Shown here piece by piece: positions 1 through 13,234 of a stretch of 64,000 bases of DNA (position 1 is the stretch's first letter; the number at the start of each line of letters is the position of its first letter). This stretch comes from Sphyrna mokarran. Taxonomy: Eukaryota. The position numbers and the translations under genes are program-made. The stretch spans positions 61,628,001 to 61,692,000 of the forward strand of contig JAGIQG010000003.1 in the NCBI GenBank assembly GCA_024679065.1, written 5' to 3'. The notes beneath the pieces are model-generated. The model ran no database searches. It was given only the letters and a program-made list of their open reading frames with translations, and was not told the origin of the DNA.

Positions 1-960
1 CCCCCCCCCCAACTCCCTAACCTGCCTTTGTATATCCTCTGCTCTTCCTTCCTACATCCTTCTCTCCTATGTGAATAATCACATCTCCCTGGGTCCCCTC
101 ATCCTTCAAAATGCCCTCTACCCTGTCAATCACATCTTGCACCCCTGCTCCAGGGAGACAAACTACCATCCTGGAGTCTCACCTTGGACCACAGAAGCAC
201 CTATCTATTCCTTTAACTCTCCCATCCCCCACCACTATCTCCCTTCTAGCCCCCTTCCTCCCCTGAGGTATTCTGGTCCTCCTGCCTTACCTTTTTTTAC
301 CCCTCCACCCTCAATATTTTGGGGGACTGCCACTGCAGAAGTCTTTGGACTATTTCCCCTCTCCTTTTAGTAACCCACCTCAAGGGTCAGGTCTCCACCA
401 CCACCTTAGGCTCTGAGTCCACCACATTACTATACCTCTCTTCCATTATTGCCTCATTCTCCCTGACTAAAAATACATCTTCCAATCACCACTCTAGTCA
501 CTTGACCCAAGCCCTCTGATGCTGCAGCTCCAAACATTTGACACATATGTAGACTTTCAGGAGACACTTCACCTCAGGAACTCCCACATATGACACCATA
601 TGCAGTTGAGGCATCTTCCCATAATACCTACCATTGTCCTGAACACCTTTGGAGTGTGAACACAATTGGAAAATCAGCAGCACCTTGCCTAAGCCTGCTC
701 TCACCTTAGCCCAGCAAGCTAAATCTCTCACTCCACTGTCTACTGCCGCTTTCTTTTTATACTCCCTGGTTCCCTTCCCAGCTAACCCCACACCTAACTA
801 CAGTAGCAAAAAGCAATCAAAAAACCTGCCAGCCAGAAATAGAGGGAAAAAAAGCAAATTGAAAATTTTTCACACTCAGCCACCAGCACTTCCAAACACT
901 CTGTTACAGAGAACAATGAGGTGGATTCACAGGTGAGTTTCCCTACCAAACATAGTACCC
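1..960 (-). mobile_element. Decayed LINE 5'/ORF1-like fragment
   Basis: C-rich + strand typical of an antisense CR1-like 5' region; no intact ORF. Confidence 0.4.
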
Positions 961-994
961 TTCCTGACACCCCATACATGCCCTTTCACACACA

Positions 995-1385
995 TTAATA
1001 TAAAGTGAAAAGTATTGTTTCTTGCCAGCAATACAAACAGTGTACATAGGGAAGGAAAAGACAGTGCAGAATGTAGTGTTACCATCATAGGATGTAGAGA
1101 AAGTGCGAGGTAGGTCCATTCAAATGTCTGATGGTAACAGGGAAGAAGCTGTTTTTGAGTCAGTTGGCAAATGATCTCAGACTTTTGTATTATTTTCCCA
1201 ATGGAAGAAGGTGGAAGACAGTATCTCCAGGGTGTGTTGAGGCAGCGGAAAATTTAGACAGTGTCAATGGATGGGAGGCTGGTTTGAGTGATGGACTGTG
1301 CCTTTTTCACGACCCTTTGTAGTTTCTTGTGATCTTAAATAGAGCAGGATCCATACCAAGCAGTGCTACAACCAGAAAGAATATG
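995..1385 (-). mobile_element. LINE 3' fragment (Rex/Babar-like)
   Basis: ggaagaagctgtttttgagtc...gatctcagacttttgtat resembles a common shark LINE 3' end. Confidence 0.45.
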
Positions 1386-3320
1386 AAATCCCAAAGGTGG
1401 TGGGATAGAAAGCCACTTATCCAAATTTGCTGATGACGCAAAGATAGATGACATTGCAAATAACATAGATGGAATCGTAAAATTACATTGAAATATTAAC
1501 GCATTAAACAACTAGATACCAATATTGGCAAGTGTTTGGCCATTCATTTTAGATGAGCTGAGTACTTTCTAAATGGTAAAAAAAAACAGAAGCAGTTGAT
1601 GTTCGAAGAAACTTAGTATATAGATCAATAAAATGTCACACAGGTGCAGAAAATAATCAAAAAGGCAACGGACTACTTGAAGTTATGCTACTGCTACACA
1701 AAGACCTGGTTAGACCACATTTATAACACAGTAATTCTGGGCTCAACAAGTTAGAAAGGATCTATTGGCCTTAGGAGTGCAACATTAATCTGCTTGAATC
1801 TTAGATGGAATACAGGAGTTATGAGGAGTAAATACAGAGGTAAGAATGTATTCCCTGAAATTTGAGTTAAAGATTGATTTGGTCGAAGTTCACTATTAAA
1901 AGGGGATCATCAAGCCTGAATATTAATGTGCTGCAGCAAGAGCAAGACCCATGGTAGCCGTTTTCATATTACCTAATGAGGGTAAATGGAGAGAAACTGC
2001 GTTCACTCGTTGAGGGATTTAGGACTAATGGGCATAATGGTCTTTGATGGAGTTGACTACACAATCTTTTTCCAATGCCTCTGGGCTATTGTTCAGTTGG
2101 GTGGAACTGTGCTTGCCTAATTCTATTATTTGTATTCAGTCAGAGTCTCTTGCAGTTACTTTCTGCTCTTGCACCTCAGTGTCTCCAAGACATTTATCTT
2201 TGACCTTCCTATTTCTCACCTATATGTTATCCCTTTGTGACATCATCTGAAAATACAGCATAATTTCCACATAATGAAACTTGACTCTACTTCACTATCA
2301 TTTCTGTTGGCCTCTACATCAACTATATAAAAAAAAATCAGAATGCTTATCCAATATCCTGGATGAGCAGAAATTTCCTCCTATTGGGTATTGAGAAGAC
2401 CGAAGTCATTATCTTCTGTCCCTGTCACAAATCTCTTCCATTCTTCTCCCTAGTGTTGAAGATTAAACCAGATTGTTTGCAACCTTAGTGCCATATTTGA
2501 TCCTGAAATGAAATAAAATTCCAGCAAGGTATCCACGTTATTGCTGAAACTAATAATTTTGTTCTTTGTCTCCACTGCTGCCTCATTCACCTGTTATTGA
2601 AGTCTCATTTCATATGTGTTATCTCTAGATTTGATTGTAAAAATGCTAGACTCCTTCTTGCTACCCTTTGTAAACTGGAGGTCACCCTAAGCTGCTGCCT
2701 TAGTCCTAACATGCACCAAGTCATCTATCACCTATGTTTGTTGACCTATACTGTCTTTTGGTTAAACAAAACCTCAATTCTAAAATTTTCTTCTCTGGTT
2801 TCAAATCCCTCTGACACACATGCACTCACTCCAATCCTGGCCTTTTGAAGATCCTTAATTTGAATTTCTCCGCTGATGGGTGAATTTCTCCCTTTGGTAC
2901 ACCATCTCTAAACTATCCAACCTCTTCCTCTTTTAAGGTGGCCTTTGACCCAAAGGTTTTCGACTCTCTGGTTCAGTGATCTGTTTTGCTTGATGTTACT
3001 CCATTGAAATGCCTGAGCTAACGTGATGTCAAAATGCAGCTTGTTGTAGTGATAAATTTGAGGCAGGCTTTTTGGGATTATATTCAGGGAACACTCCTAC
3101 CAGTAAAGGGTAGGAAAACTCAGAACTCTCCAACACATAGCAATTGACTGTGGGTCACTTGTTAATTTTAAATCCATAACTTTTATTATTAAAGTTTTGA
3201 GGGGTTATGGGGCAACAAGGTTAGAACATAGATTGTATGGAGTTAGATCACCAATTAGCAATGATCTCATTAAATAGTCGAACAAGCTCAGGAAGTAACT
3301 GCCTTAATCCTGTTCCTATA
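1386..3320 (+). mobile_element. Decayed CR1 RT/3' end, interrupted by an L2-like fragment (~2050-3050)
   Basis: aaatttgctgatgac (KFADD), ctggttagaccacat (LVRPH) and a CR1-like tail near 3290-3320. Confidence 0.65.
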
Positions 3321-3367
3321 ATTTAGTGGGTTTATTGCTAAACCATATTTCCTGTTTTGTTCGCCAG

Positions 3368-3462
3368 TTCTTTTTGTCCTGTTGAGAAGCAGAAAAAGCA
3401 GTCGCCGAGCAGTGCTTTTGACTGGTTTGTGTGATTCTGGGAAGACTCTTCTATGCTGTAGG
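3368..3462 (+). CDS. SRPRB: SRP receptor beta subunit, coding exon 2 (95 bp)
   Basis: Flanked by ccag|TT and AGG|gtaagt. Encodes LFVLLRSRKSSRRAVLLTGLCDSGKTLLCCR, including the SR-beta P-loop GLCDSGKT. Confidence 0.96.
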
Positions 3463-3947
3463 GTAAGTCTCTTGTAGGTTCTTTAACAACATTATTCCTA
3501 TTAAATCAGTCCCCTTGACCTTTTTCAGGTTTTTGCTGCACTACATACCATTCCTAATTAAAAGAATCAGTAATCTTCCTAATCCTCATCATCTCTGAGT
3601 GGTGAATAAGCTTTTTGTAATGACTTCCTTCAATTTTACTTCCTTCCTAGTGCTTGCTTGCCCAGAATTCTCCTATTGAGAGTTATCCATCAAGCTGTAT
3701 ATACAGTCTTGCTGCATCTGTTTTCTCTTTACACCTGTAATTAATCCTGCAACAGAACTGAAAGACTTGCTCCTCCAACTGAGAAAATGCTGTTGTTCCA
3801 TAGACAGCTATGAAGAATATGTGGTGAAGTATTGTTTTATATGCCTTGCTTGGACTGTTCTCCATAATGATGTAACATTTTGTAGTTATGAAGATGAAGA
3901 ATGTCAGTTTCTTAATGAAAGTGATTACTTATTCCATCAACTGAGAT

Positions 3948-5070
3948 TGTAACACAACCAAAGTTAATGTTATAACTAAATGTGAAGATCCCAGTATAGA
4001 AACCTGCTTCAAAAGACTTTAATTGTTTTATCAAACATGGAGGAATAGAGTCAAAGGACCATTAATTAGTTTTAACAAGAAAGAAACATTTATTAAACGT
4101 TAAAAGTAGACTATATGATACTCCTTTACTCCTCATTTAGCTTAACAATTACATACGGCTTTAAAGTTTAACATGGACGACAAAGTCTTTTTGAAACTAC
4201 AATGATCTCTTTAGCTCACAAAGTTAATATTTGCAGATTTCCTCTCAATCCCCCCAGATGAGGTCATATGAGGACAACTCCATCCCATGAATCTTCTCTC
4301 ATTCACTTTGAATACATTTGTTTAGCAATTCACATTCCAAAAAATCCAGTTCATGTTGACGAAAAGACGTGTATGACCTGGGCATCCGCTCCACTTTTAG
4401 CTTTATGTCCATGCAAAGATTTCGGATTAATCCTTTCAGGTTTTCATTGTTATACCAATTCTGATATCCAGTCAGTACATTATAATTTATTTATAATTGT
4501 AGTCAGACATTTCAAAGTTCAGGAATATTTTTAGTAAACCTTTTCTCAAGTATCCTCACCAATTGATTTCTTCTCAGCTTCATCCTTTGTCTCTAAACAG
4601 AATCATGTTCTATTTCCCAGTTTATTCTTTGTTCCTATTTACTTCAGATCATCTGGAAACTTTCCTCCATTTTTCTGGTTTCTTAACTAGTTGCTCCTTA
4701 GATTTTTGGCAATGGCTGTTTCAACCATAACTCTATTGTGGTACTTATCTTATGGCAAAGCTAAAAGACCATCGTTCTTTAATCTGGCAGAGCGGAGAGG
4801 GAGTTGTTTAATGTCTGCCCCCAACTACTAGCTTTTAGCTAAATTAAAGAATGAAATAAGCTTCTGCTCCCCTTACAGAGCCCCTCTAGTTGCTAAGCAA
4901 CAATCGTTCTTTATGCCATAGCTTTCTAAACACATTATCTCAGCTGGAACTGAAACAAGCCTCCACACAAACACTTTTGAGCAGCATGAAATCTAACTAC
5001 AGCTCCTGTCCAGATATAGAAACATTAAATTAAACCTACTAAAACTATACATTATTTTAAATGTTTATCC
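3948..5070 (-). mobile_element. Solo-LTR-like element
   Basis: The minus strand ends ...GTGTTACA at 3948 with AATAAA about 140 nt inside; no ORF and no clear TSD. Confidence 0.4.
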
Positions 5071-5104
5071 GCTCCATTCTTCTGTGTGCTTTAACTCTGA
5101 GCAA

Positions 5105-5630
5105 TATTGGAGCAGGAGTAAGCCATTCAGCCTTTTGAATTTACTCTGCCATTCAATAAGGTCATTGCTGATCTGATTGTGGCCTCAATCTTACTTTGCT
5201 ATAGCCCCAGAATCCTTGTCTCCTTGTTTATCAAAATCTGTCTAACCTAGTCTTGAATAAATTCAATGACCTAGTCTCCTCTGCTTTCTGGGAAAGAGAA
5301 TTCCACAGATTAACGATCCACAGAGAAGAAAAGTTTGTCTCTCCATCTTACAGGAAACCTCTTTTATTCTTAAAATGTCTACCCTGGTTTTATTCTCTCC
5401 CACAATTCTCCTGTTATTTGTCCTATCAAATCCCTTAGGATCTGAAATGTTTCAGTAGAATCACCTCTTATTCTTCTAAAAATGGAATGGATTTGGACCA
5501 AATCTGTTTAACCTTTATTCATAAAATAAACATAAACTGCTCACCCCAGGAAGGAGTCGAGTGAATCTTCTCTGTGTTGTTTCTAACTTAATTACAGCTT
5601 TTCAAATCAGGAGACCAAATCTCGCCTTGA
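5105..5630 (-). mobile_element. CR1 3' fragment
   Basis: ggagcaggagtaagccattcagcc...ccattcaataag...gaattccacagat, the reverse complement of a CR1 3' end. Confidence 0.8.
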
Positions 5631-5779
5631 GGCTCAATCTCAGACTAATGAATAAAAGCCTAGGAGCAGTTTATATAGACTGACTAAATTCATGATGTCC
5701 ATGTGGACTGGGCTTGTGTCTTTAAAATCACTACAGTATCTGCTACCTCTGATGAATTTTGTGCTTTTATATGGAAAGA

Positions 5780-6185
5780 CAGACTTACGTTGACACAGCA
5801 TCTTTCACGGCTATCAAGCACTTCAAAGTGTTTGATAGCTAATGATATATGTTTTGAAGCATAGTCTCTTCAGGAATGTAAGAAAAATGACAACAAATTT
5901 GCAAACTGTCACAGACAGCAATCTATTTTTTGTGATGTTTTGGGGGATAATAGTTAACCAGCACATTGGAGATAATCCTCATGATCTTCAGAATAGTGCT
6001 ATAGCATCTTTTAGATCCACTTGAGCAGCAGGTGGCACCTTTGTTTAACATCTCATCTGAAAGACAGCATCCCCCAAGAGAGCAGTATTCCCTCAGTGCT
6101 ACACAGGAATGCCAACCTTGATTTTTGTACTCAAGCCCTGGAGTGGAACTTGCACCCAGCACCTTGTGGCTTAGAGTCACGAGAT
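5780..6185 (-). mobile_element. Deu-domain SINE (SacSINE1/AmnSINE1-like)
   Basis: gtttaacatctcatctgaaagacagcatc...gcagtattccctcagtgctacac...ggagtggaacttgcaccc. Related relics at ~9215-9460, 41450-41700, 51690-51830 and 57130-57330. Confidence 0.7.
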
Positions 6186-6469
6186 TCTGGTTTCATCTAC
6201 TTGTTGTCATGTTGTTCATGATAATATAGAAGAGACTCTGTTTTTTGAGGGCAGGGTTGTTATGTAATGTGCAGAATATTTTACTGCTGCCTGTAATGGT
6301 CTCTGAGTATAAATTGTGTGTAGCATTCTCAGTGAATGTAACGTTTTATGTAGCTGACTTCAGTACAGGTTTAATATGTGGGGGTGGAGCAATTAATAGT
6401 GTCAATAGTGTTAATGAAAAAGGGGACTATTGAGAGTTTGAAAGTGGGCGGGATCTGATAGTATTTGAA

Positions 6470-6755
6470 GTGGGCAGCAGAGTGATTAGCACTGCTGCCT
6501 CAGCACAAGAAATCCAGGTTCAATTCTGGCCTTGGATGACTGTTTGGAGTTTGCACATTCTCCCTACATCTGCATGGGTTTCCTTTGGGCACTCCGGTTT
6601 CCCCTCTCAATCCAAAAATGCATAGGTTGGCCATGGTGTGGCGGGATGGGGGTAGCGGTTACAGGGATAGGGCACGGGAGAGGACCTGGATAAGATACTC
6701 CAAGTGCAGACTCAATTGATTAAATGGCAACTTCCTGCACTGTAGGGATTCTATA
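6470..6755 (+). mobile_element. HE1/V-SINE (tRNA-derived shark SINE)
   Basis: gtgattagcactgctgcctca...gagtttgcacattctccc...tgggtttcc V-domain and a CR1-like tail gcactgtagggattctat. Confidence 0.85.
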
Positions 6756-7379
6756 GTATTGTCTCTGTCAAAAGCAAACCTGAAGTGTGCAGAGTGTGGC
6801 TTCTCCTGATCAGTTATTGTAGCATCAGTTGAAATAGCTGCTGCTGTGGGTCTTCTGTTGAACCTCAGATGTGAGCCTATTCCCTGGATAAACCACTCTC
6901 TATATCCCCATGTCTGTCAACTGTGGGGCAAGAGGCCAGGGCTTTGCATTTCTCATTTGAGGTATCAGTTGATAAAGAATCTCTGGTTTACAACTTTTCA
7001 AAAGAGGGATTGATTCTTGGAAATGCATGTTTTTTTCTCTCTTGAATGCATTCTGTGTTTCACAATGTTATTGGAAGCTTCTGGATTGCTCACAAAATTT
7101 GACTGAAAATAAGAAGCTAGGATGAGGAAAAGTAAAGTTAGATCAGGGAAGGTTAAAGAAATGAAATCTGATGGGGCAGAAAGCAGGTGGTGGCTTCAAT
7201 CTTTACAGTTTCCAGTTAGGCTGGTTAGCTGAAGATTGCTTCTTAAGCTTTCAGTCTGTGGTGTTTCCTTCCTACTGAAGAGTTTTTGTTTGCCTGAATA
7301 AAACTTTTGGAATTTATCTCAAAAAAAGTGAAATTTAATCTTGTTCTATTGTTTGGCTGGATTAAGTGTTATTGATGCA

Positions 7380-7925
7380 TCCTAGGAAACCATATGAGCT
7401 GCATGAACTGGAATTACTGCCAGCAACTAAATGTCCAGCTCTGGTGGCGAGTAATTCACCTCCTAACTCCTCAAATCCTGTCCCCCATCTATGAGGCACA
7501 AGCCAGAAGTGTAATAGCATACTCTATTTGTCTGCATGAGTGCAACTCCAACAACACTTTAAATCATCGAGGTCAAAGCAGCCCACTTGATTGGTATCAC
7601 AGTCACAAAAATATGCTTCCTTCACCACCAATAAACAGTGGCAGCCATGTATACATATACATGATGCACTGCAAAAACTCACCAAGGCTCCTTAGGTAGC
7701 ACCTTCCACACCAATTACCATCTAGACAAAGACAGCAGACACATGGGAGCTACCATTTACAAGTTTCACTCCAAGTCACTCGCCATCCTGACTTGGAAAT
7801 ACATTGCTGTTCTGTCACTGGGTTGCATTCCTGAAACTCCTCCCACTGCACTGTGGATGTACCTACACCACAGACTGCAGTAATTCAAGAAGGCAGCTCA
7901 CCACCGATATCTCAAGGATAAGCCT
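7380..7925 (+). mobile_element. CR1-clade LINE 3' fragment
   Basis: Clearly homologous to the 3' part of 51930-54270 (tcacctcct...aaggcagctcaccacc). Confidence 0.7.
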
Positions 7926-7993
7926 AGGATTTTGGGAAAGGCTGAGAAACTTTTAAGGAAGGCATTAAAACCTATTTCAGTGGGTGTACATAA

Positions 7994-8627
7994 TGTTATT
8001 ATGGAGTGTGTAACTTGTTGAATCTATGCCTTGTTTAAAAGCTTATTTTGAAATCTTAGTCATGGGGAGGTGGGGCTGGTGGTTGGAATTGACAGAATCC
8101 TTTCCCCGAACACCATATGATTTGGTTGCAAAAATTTCTGCAAGACATAACTGCCCATGTAAATATTTGCAGTATCAATGTTAAATATTGAGATTAAAGA
8201 TGTTACCAGATTATGTTTCAACGGGGATTTTTGAGTCATTTCTTGAAGTTATTTTTTACTATTATACACTAACTTTTCCAGCAGGTCTCCTGTGAGTTTG
8301 CCTGTAATAAGTTGGGCAATAATGAAGGCAGTGTAGTATTTCACTAATAAGGTAGAGTTATGTTGCTCTTGAAAGTTATTAAAGTGAGCTCTGAGTGAAT
8401 GCATCCTGAGATTGATGGCTGTTCAGGCTGAAGGGCAGAACCCTGTGGAAAAGTCAGTTGCAGAGAGCTGTAGACATTTGACTGTTATTTTCTGGGAGTT
8501 TTCTTGTAAGCTTGAAATCACTTCCAAGAGAAGAGCTTGGAATAAACTTGTTTGCCTAGGATTAACCAATTACAACTCTTAATACAGAATGAGAATATGT
8601 AAAATAAAGAACTTGGGGTCCATAACA
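7994..8627 (+). mobile_element. Solo-LTR-like element ending 37 bp before SRPRB exon 3
   Basis: Inverted termini TGTTAT...ATAACA and an internal AATAAA at 8541; no TSD seen. Confidence 0.35.
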
Positions 8628-8664
8628 TTGCAACTCCTCTGACAACTCTTCTTTCTCATTTCAG

Positions 8665-8742
8665 TTATTGTCCGGGAAGTTTAAGGTGACACACACGTCC
8701 ATTACCAGTAACTCTGCATTGTACAGAGTTAGAAATGACAAG
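8665..8742 (+). CDS. SRPRB: SRPRB coding exon 3 (78 bp)
   Basis: Flanked by tttcag|TTA and AAG|gtacag. Encodes LLSGKFKVTHTSITSNSALYRVRNDK (switch I TxTSI); phase 0 fits exon 2. Confidence 0.94.
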
Positions 8743-9956
8743 GTACAGATGTGGTAATGAACCTCTGCCTCTATATTTATTGAAATAACTAATTCATTGA
8801 TCCATCTGGCTCTTTGAGACAGCCCTTGGTTCTTAACAGTGGGAGGAGGAAGAAATAAAAATATGATGTCTTTCTTGTGCTTTATTTAATACCTACAGTA
8901 TTGGGTAATGGGCAATCAAGGATAATCATAATGTTGCCAAAATGTAAAAATATGTTTGAAGAAAATAAATGTCATGATGATTGACTTCTCTTGTTGGCAT
9001 TCAGCAGGATGTGATAATTTGAGTGGGCAACAGTTAAACTATGTAGAAGGAAAACCTCTTGAAGTTCCATTATATTAATCACTTTCTATGAAATAATAAG
9101 CACTTGTTATTGGTTACTCAAAGCATTTTTTTTACTTGTATAATTTTGGTTTGAGTGCAAAGAGAGATCACTCTATCTCAATGTGTTTCCATTTCTTTTG
9201 AAGATATTGTGAAAGATTTACATTCACATAGCACTTCATCCTATATGTCAGAAACACCCCAGCACTTTGAAGGTGGCAAGTTCCTTAGAAATATCATCAC
9301 TGTTCTTAGGCAAGCAAAAATGGCAATCGTTTTACATGTCAGCAGGTCTCATGAACAGCAAGTAACAAAATGCCAGTTAGTCTGTTATAGGGTAGGGATT
9401 CACTCGACAGCAAATTGAAAGGACCTCTGATGAACACCTTATCCAAAGGTGTGCACCTCTGAGTCCTTCAGTTATTGTTGATTTGGTTTTGGTCAGTTGA
9501 TGGTGCTTTCATCTTTCAGCCAATAAACAATAAATCTCTCACTAAGGCAAAAAAGCTTAGAGTGGGCTGACATTTAAAGGAGAATTTTCATATGCATATT
9601 ATATGATGACTAAACTATTTCTGTTGAATATGTAGCTAAATGAGCAGTGAATTTAAATAATGGGCTACTGCCATAATCCAGTAGTTTACATTGCTCATTT
9701 TAAGTCTTTAGTGCACAAGTTCAAGGCTTCCTTGCATTCCCAACTCTCTGAATATTTTGTGCTTAAGATAATATATTCCTTTCTTAGTTCAAATTCTTGG
9801 AGTGGTACTAGCCTAGCATCAAAAATGGAACAAAAAAAATCCAACTGCATCTGAGAAGTTGCGGAGTTTGTTACAAGGCTAGCCAAGCAGGCCCTAAGGA
9901 ACTGAAGATGAAATAAAGCATTGAAGAAACCATTGACCTTGTATCTCTTCTCACAG

Positions 9957-10039
9957 GGCCCTGCAGTTGCTTTGTATGATCTCCCTGGGCATGAGAGTCT
10001 GCGTCTTCAGTATCTGGAGAAACACAAGAACGATGCCAG
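9957..10039 (+). CDS. SRPRB: SRPRB coding exon 4 (83 bp)
   Basis: Flanked by tcacag|GGC and AG|gtgaca. Encodes GPAVALYDLPGHESLRLQYLEKHKNDA, with the G3 motif DLPGH. Confidence 0.96.
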
Positions 10040-10739
10040 GTGACAGGACAGGACTGTGCTTTATATTGTAAAGCTGTGATAGAAACTTCTGAAAATACTT
10101 GTTTTTGGTTGGTGTAGAAGTTGGTTAACTTCATGCCGTGATGAGACAACATAGGGATATTGTCATAAATATCGCCATGGTCATTTAAAGAATTATTTGA
10201 GCATTAAATTTTACTGCTGAAATTTCAGTCTTTTTGCTCAACGGACTCTGCGCAAAATTCAGTTTGTGTTTTTTAAAATATCTGACCTTTGTGAACGAGG
10301 ATAGTGAGTAATGCTCGGATTTGAAGTAGTAATTTGCGATTACAATTAGCGGCAGCTTATTAGCTTTAGTTATATAGTATATTTAGTTTGGAAAACTGGC
10401 TTAAGGCGGTTCATTAAAATGCATGCTGAGAAGGAAGGTGTATAAGGAGATTAAAGCTCAGTTAGGGGTGAGCTTTCAGAAGGGTCTTGCAGGAGGAGAG
10501 GCAGAAAGATTTGAGATGAGAGGACCAGAGCTTCATGCTTAGGTAATCGAGGTACAGGATATCAATGATTCGATGGCAAGCAGGGAGAATGCAGATAGAG
10601 ATCAGAAATAGCAATGTAGTTGACTTTGAAATGCCCTCTGAACTGGCTGAGCAAACTATTTAATTAAAGGCTGATTAGGGAGGGGCAATTATCTCCAATT
10701 TCACTGCTGCCTCTCAGTTTTCTAACTGGGTCAGCAATT

Positions 10740-11040
10740 TGCTTTCAATCCCATGAGCTTCAACTTTAGCTGAACAGTCTTTTGTGGGGAAATTTATCAA
10801 ATGCCTGCTGGAAGTTTGTATAAATAATATCCACAGACATTGTATCAGATTCCAGCGTCTGCAATATTTTGTTGATGTGCTTTACAAATCCACGTTGGCT
10901 GTCTCTGAACACTTGAAAAATGTCAAGCTTTACCATCATACTATCTTTAATTAAATATTCTAGCAATTTTCTAGCAACAGTACCTGGTCTATAATTCCCT
11001 GGTTTCCCTCTCTTACTTAAGGTGGTGAAAGAGGCTAGTC
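10740..11040 (-). mobile_element. CR1 RT fragment
   Basis: The ORF track shows PGNYRP...SQRGFVK...DIIYTNFQQAFDKFPHKRL. Confidence 0.8.
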
Positions 11041-11565
11041 TTTCAGAGCAATCCATCATGGTGAGGTCATCTAAGGCATACTGAGGTGTCAGGCTATAAA
11101 ATACCCAAATGTATTTGCTTAATCCTCACATTTGACAAACCATCTCTAACAGACTGAGCACAAGCTTTTCGATCCCTTCTCCAATTTACGTGTCAGAAGA
11201 AATTTTCAGGATCCTTTGCTCCATCATCGAAAGATAAGGCTTGTGCCAAAGTTCTCATCAGATTGGCAACCAGAGTCAGTGATCAAGTGTCCACTGCGAG
11301 CTGACATGATCTGGGGTGGGGGGCCGGAGGGGGGAGTGGTAAGAAAGATATCATTCGTCTGTTTTTCAAGCAGAGGTTTTAGGACCATGTTAAAGATAAA
11401 AGTTATTTCTTTGAGCTGGTGCATTTACAAATAGTGTGGCTAATCCTATTTTCCCCATGGGAGGCAATACCCAACAACACTACCAATCAGTCTGTCTATT
11501 TAACACCAGCTTTACCTGCCTCACTCTGATTTTTGCTGGACATAATTCTGTATCTTTCCACACAG

Positions 11566-11702
11566 AGGTATTGTTTTTGTAGTGGACAGTGTGTCATTTC
11601 AAAAAGAAGTGAAAGATGTTGCTGAGTTCCTCTACATGTTGCTAACTGATGCTGTGATTGTGAAGAATGCACCTCCACTCCTAATAGCCTGCAACAAGCA
11701 AG
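11566..11702 (+). CDS. SRPRB: SRPRB coding exon 5 (137 bp)
   Basis: Flanked by cacag|A and G|gtaatg. Encodes GIVFVVDSVSFQKEVKDVAEFLYMLLTDAVIVKNAPPLLIACNKQ; the G4 motif NKQD spans the junction with exon 6. Confidence 0.97.
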
Positions 11703-12048
11703 GTAATGTGAATGTTGTCCTTTTTTTGACTCTCGTGGCTGGAATTGCAATCGTAGTTCATTGTTGGTGTTAATCTAATCGTTGTGCGAGAGGCCTGGCA
11801 TGATGATTGAGTACATTGTAGATTGTTTCCATGTTGATATAATGTACAAATGTGAGAATTTGGGTTTGGGAAGGATCATAGTTCTGCGTTTTGCTGTGGG
11901 GATAGAGAGATACTTCAGTTCTGCATATTGAAGGTGCTCTGTCTCTGCTGTATATTGAGATAAATCAGAAAGATATTTGCTAATTGCCATTCATAAACTT
12001 CGACACATTTGAAGCTATCAGTTTTGAGGACGGTGTTGTAAATGCGGA

Positions 12049-12290
12049 TCATAGAATCCCTGCAGTGCAGAAGGTGGCCATTCAGCCCTTCGAGTCTGCA
12101 CCGACAACAATCTTACCCAGGCCCTATCCCTGTAATCCCACGTATTTAGTCTGCCAATCCCCCTGACACAAAGGGACAATTTAGCATGGCCAATCAACCT
12201 AATCTGCACATCTTTGGAGTGTGGGAGGAAACCCACACAGCCAGTCCACCAAGACTAGAATCAAACTCAGATTCTTGGTGCTATGAGATA
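12049..12290 (-). mobile_element. HE1/V-SINE
   Basis: catagaatccctgcagtgcagaagg...catggccaatcaacctaatctgcacatctttgga. Confidence 0.85.
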
Positions 12291-12544
12291 TACAAAGCAG
12301 TAGGCTTAAGTCTAGTGTCTATCTGTTTCAATAGTTTAAAGAATATTCATCTTGCACAAAAACTAAGAAGGTGAAGTTATTAGCCTAGGCTGTTAGTTAT
12401 AAATGTAAACATCAAAGTTGCCAAGTGTGGCCTATCTGTAGAGGTTTCTGAAGCAATATTTGGATTTTGGCTCTCACACAAATGAAACAGTTTGTGTGCT
12501 CAACAATTTGGGTGGGATTGTAATTTTGTTTTGTTGAATTTCAG

Positions 12545-12599
12545 ATGTGACCATGGCCAAATCTGCAAAATTAATTCAACAGCAGTTGGAAAAGGAACT
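12545..12599 (+). CDS. SRPRB: SRPRB coding exon 6 (55 bp)
   Basis: Flanked by tttcag|AT and CT|gtaagt. Encodes (D)VTMAKSAKLIQQQLEKE(L); phases fit the neighbouring exons. Confidence 0.96.
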
Positions 12600-13234
12600 G
12601 TAAGTGTCTGGTTCTTGCAAGGTGCAGCTGTTGGAGTGCACAATAACCAAGGAGGGCTTTATAATTCAGAATTATGTCTTTATTTTCTGTTGCCAGTTTG
12701 GGAGGGAAACATTGAGTGAGGTCTCCTATTTGTGAGCAGCGAACTCGGGATCTTCTCTGGCTGGATTTCATAAGAAATTCATTAGAAGACAGTGTGGTGT
12801 TTACAGCATCTTAAAATTGAATATTTTTAACAGTAATTTTAAATTTTTAATTTTTGAAGTAAAAGTACTCAGAGGCTCGGCTATGCCCAAATAGTTTTGT
12901 GGAATAAATTTAAACAGTGAAATGCTCCAATTTCTGTCTGCAGCTTCTAGAACTTATATGTGACTTTTAGCTCTTTTGTGAAGCAGCATTTCCTTCCATT
13001 GCAAAAATATAAGCTTTATCCAAATTACTATCAAGACAATTCAGAATTAGGAATAGTAAAGAGTCTGGACTCACTGCACATTAAAGTGCCTTATTGGTGT
13101 CTCTTACAGCTCTCTGAAGGTCAACTGACCACCAAAGGTGCCATACAGTTGCAACTACAGAGTCTGTCTCAAAACAGCTCCATAAAGTACCCATCAAGTA
13201 GAAGATTAAACGGATTTCACCCTGATTGTACAAA

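Noticed and set aside
1-3367. SRPRB exon 1 (start codon and transmembrane anchor)
   Set aside because: No matching exon or CpG island was seen; the region is LINE-derived, so exon 1 is presumably upstream of the window.
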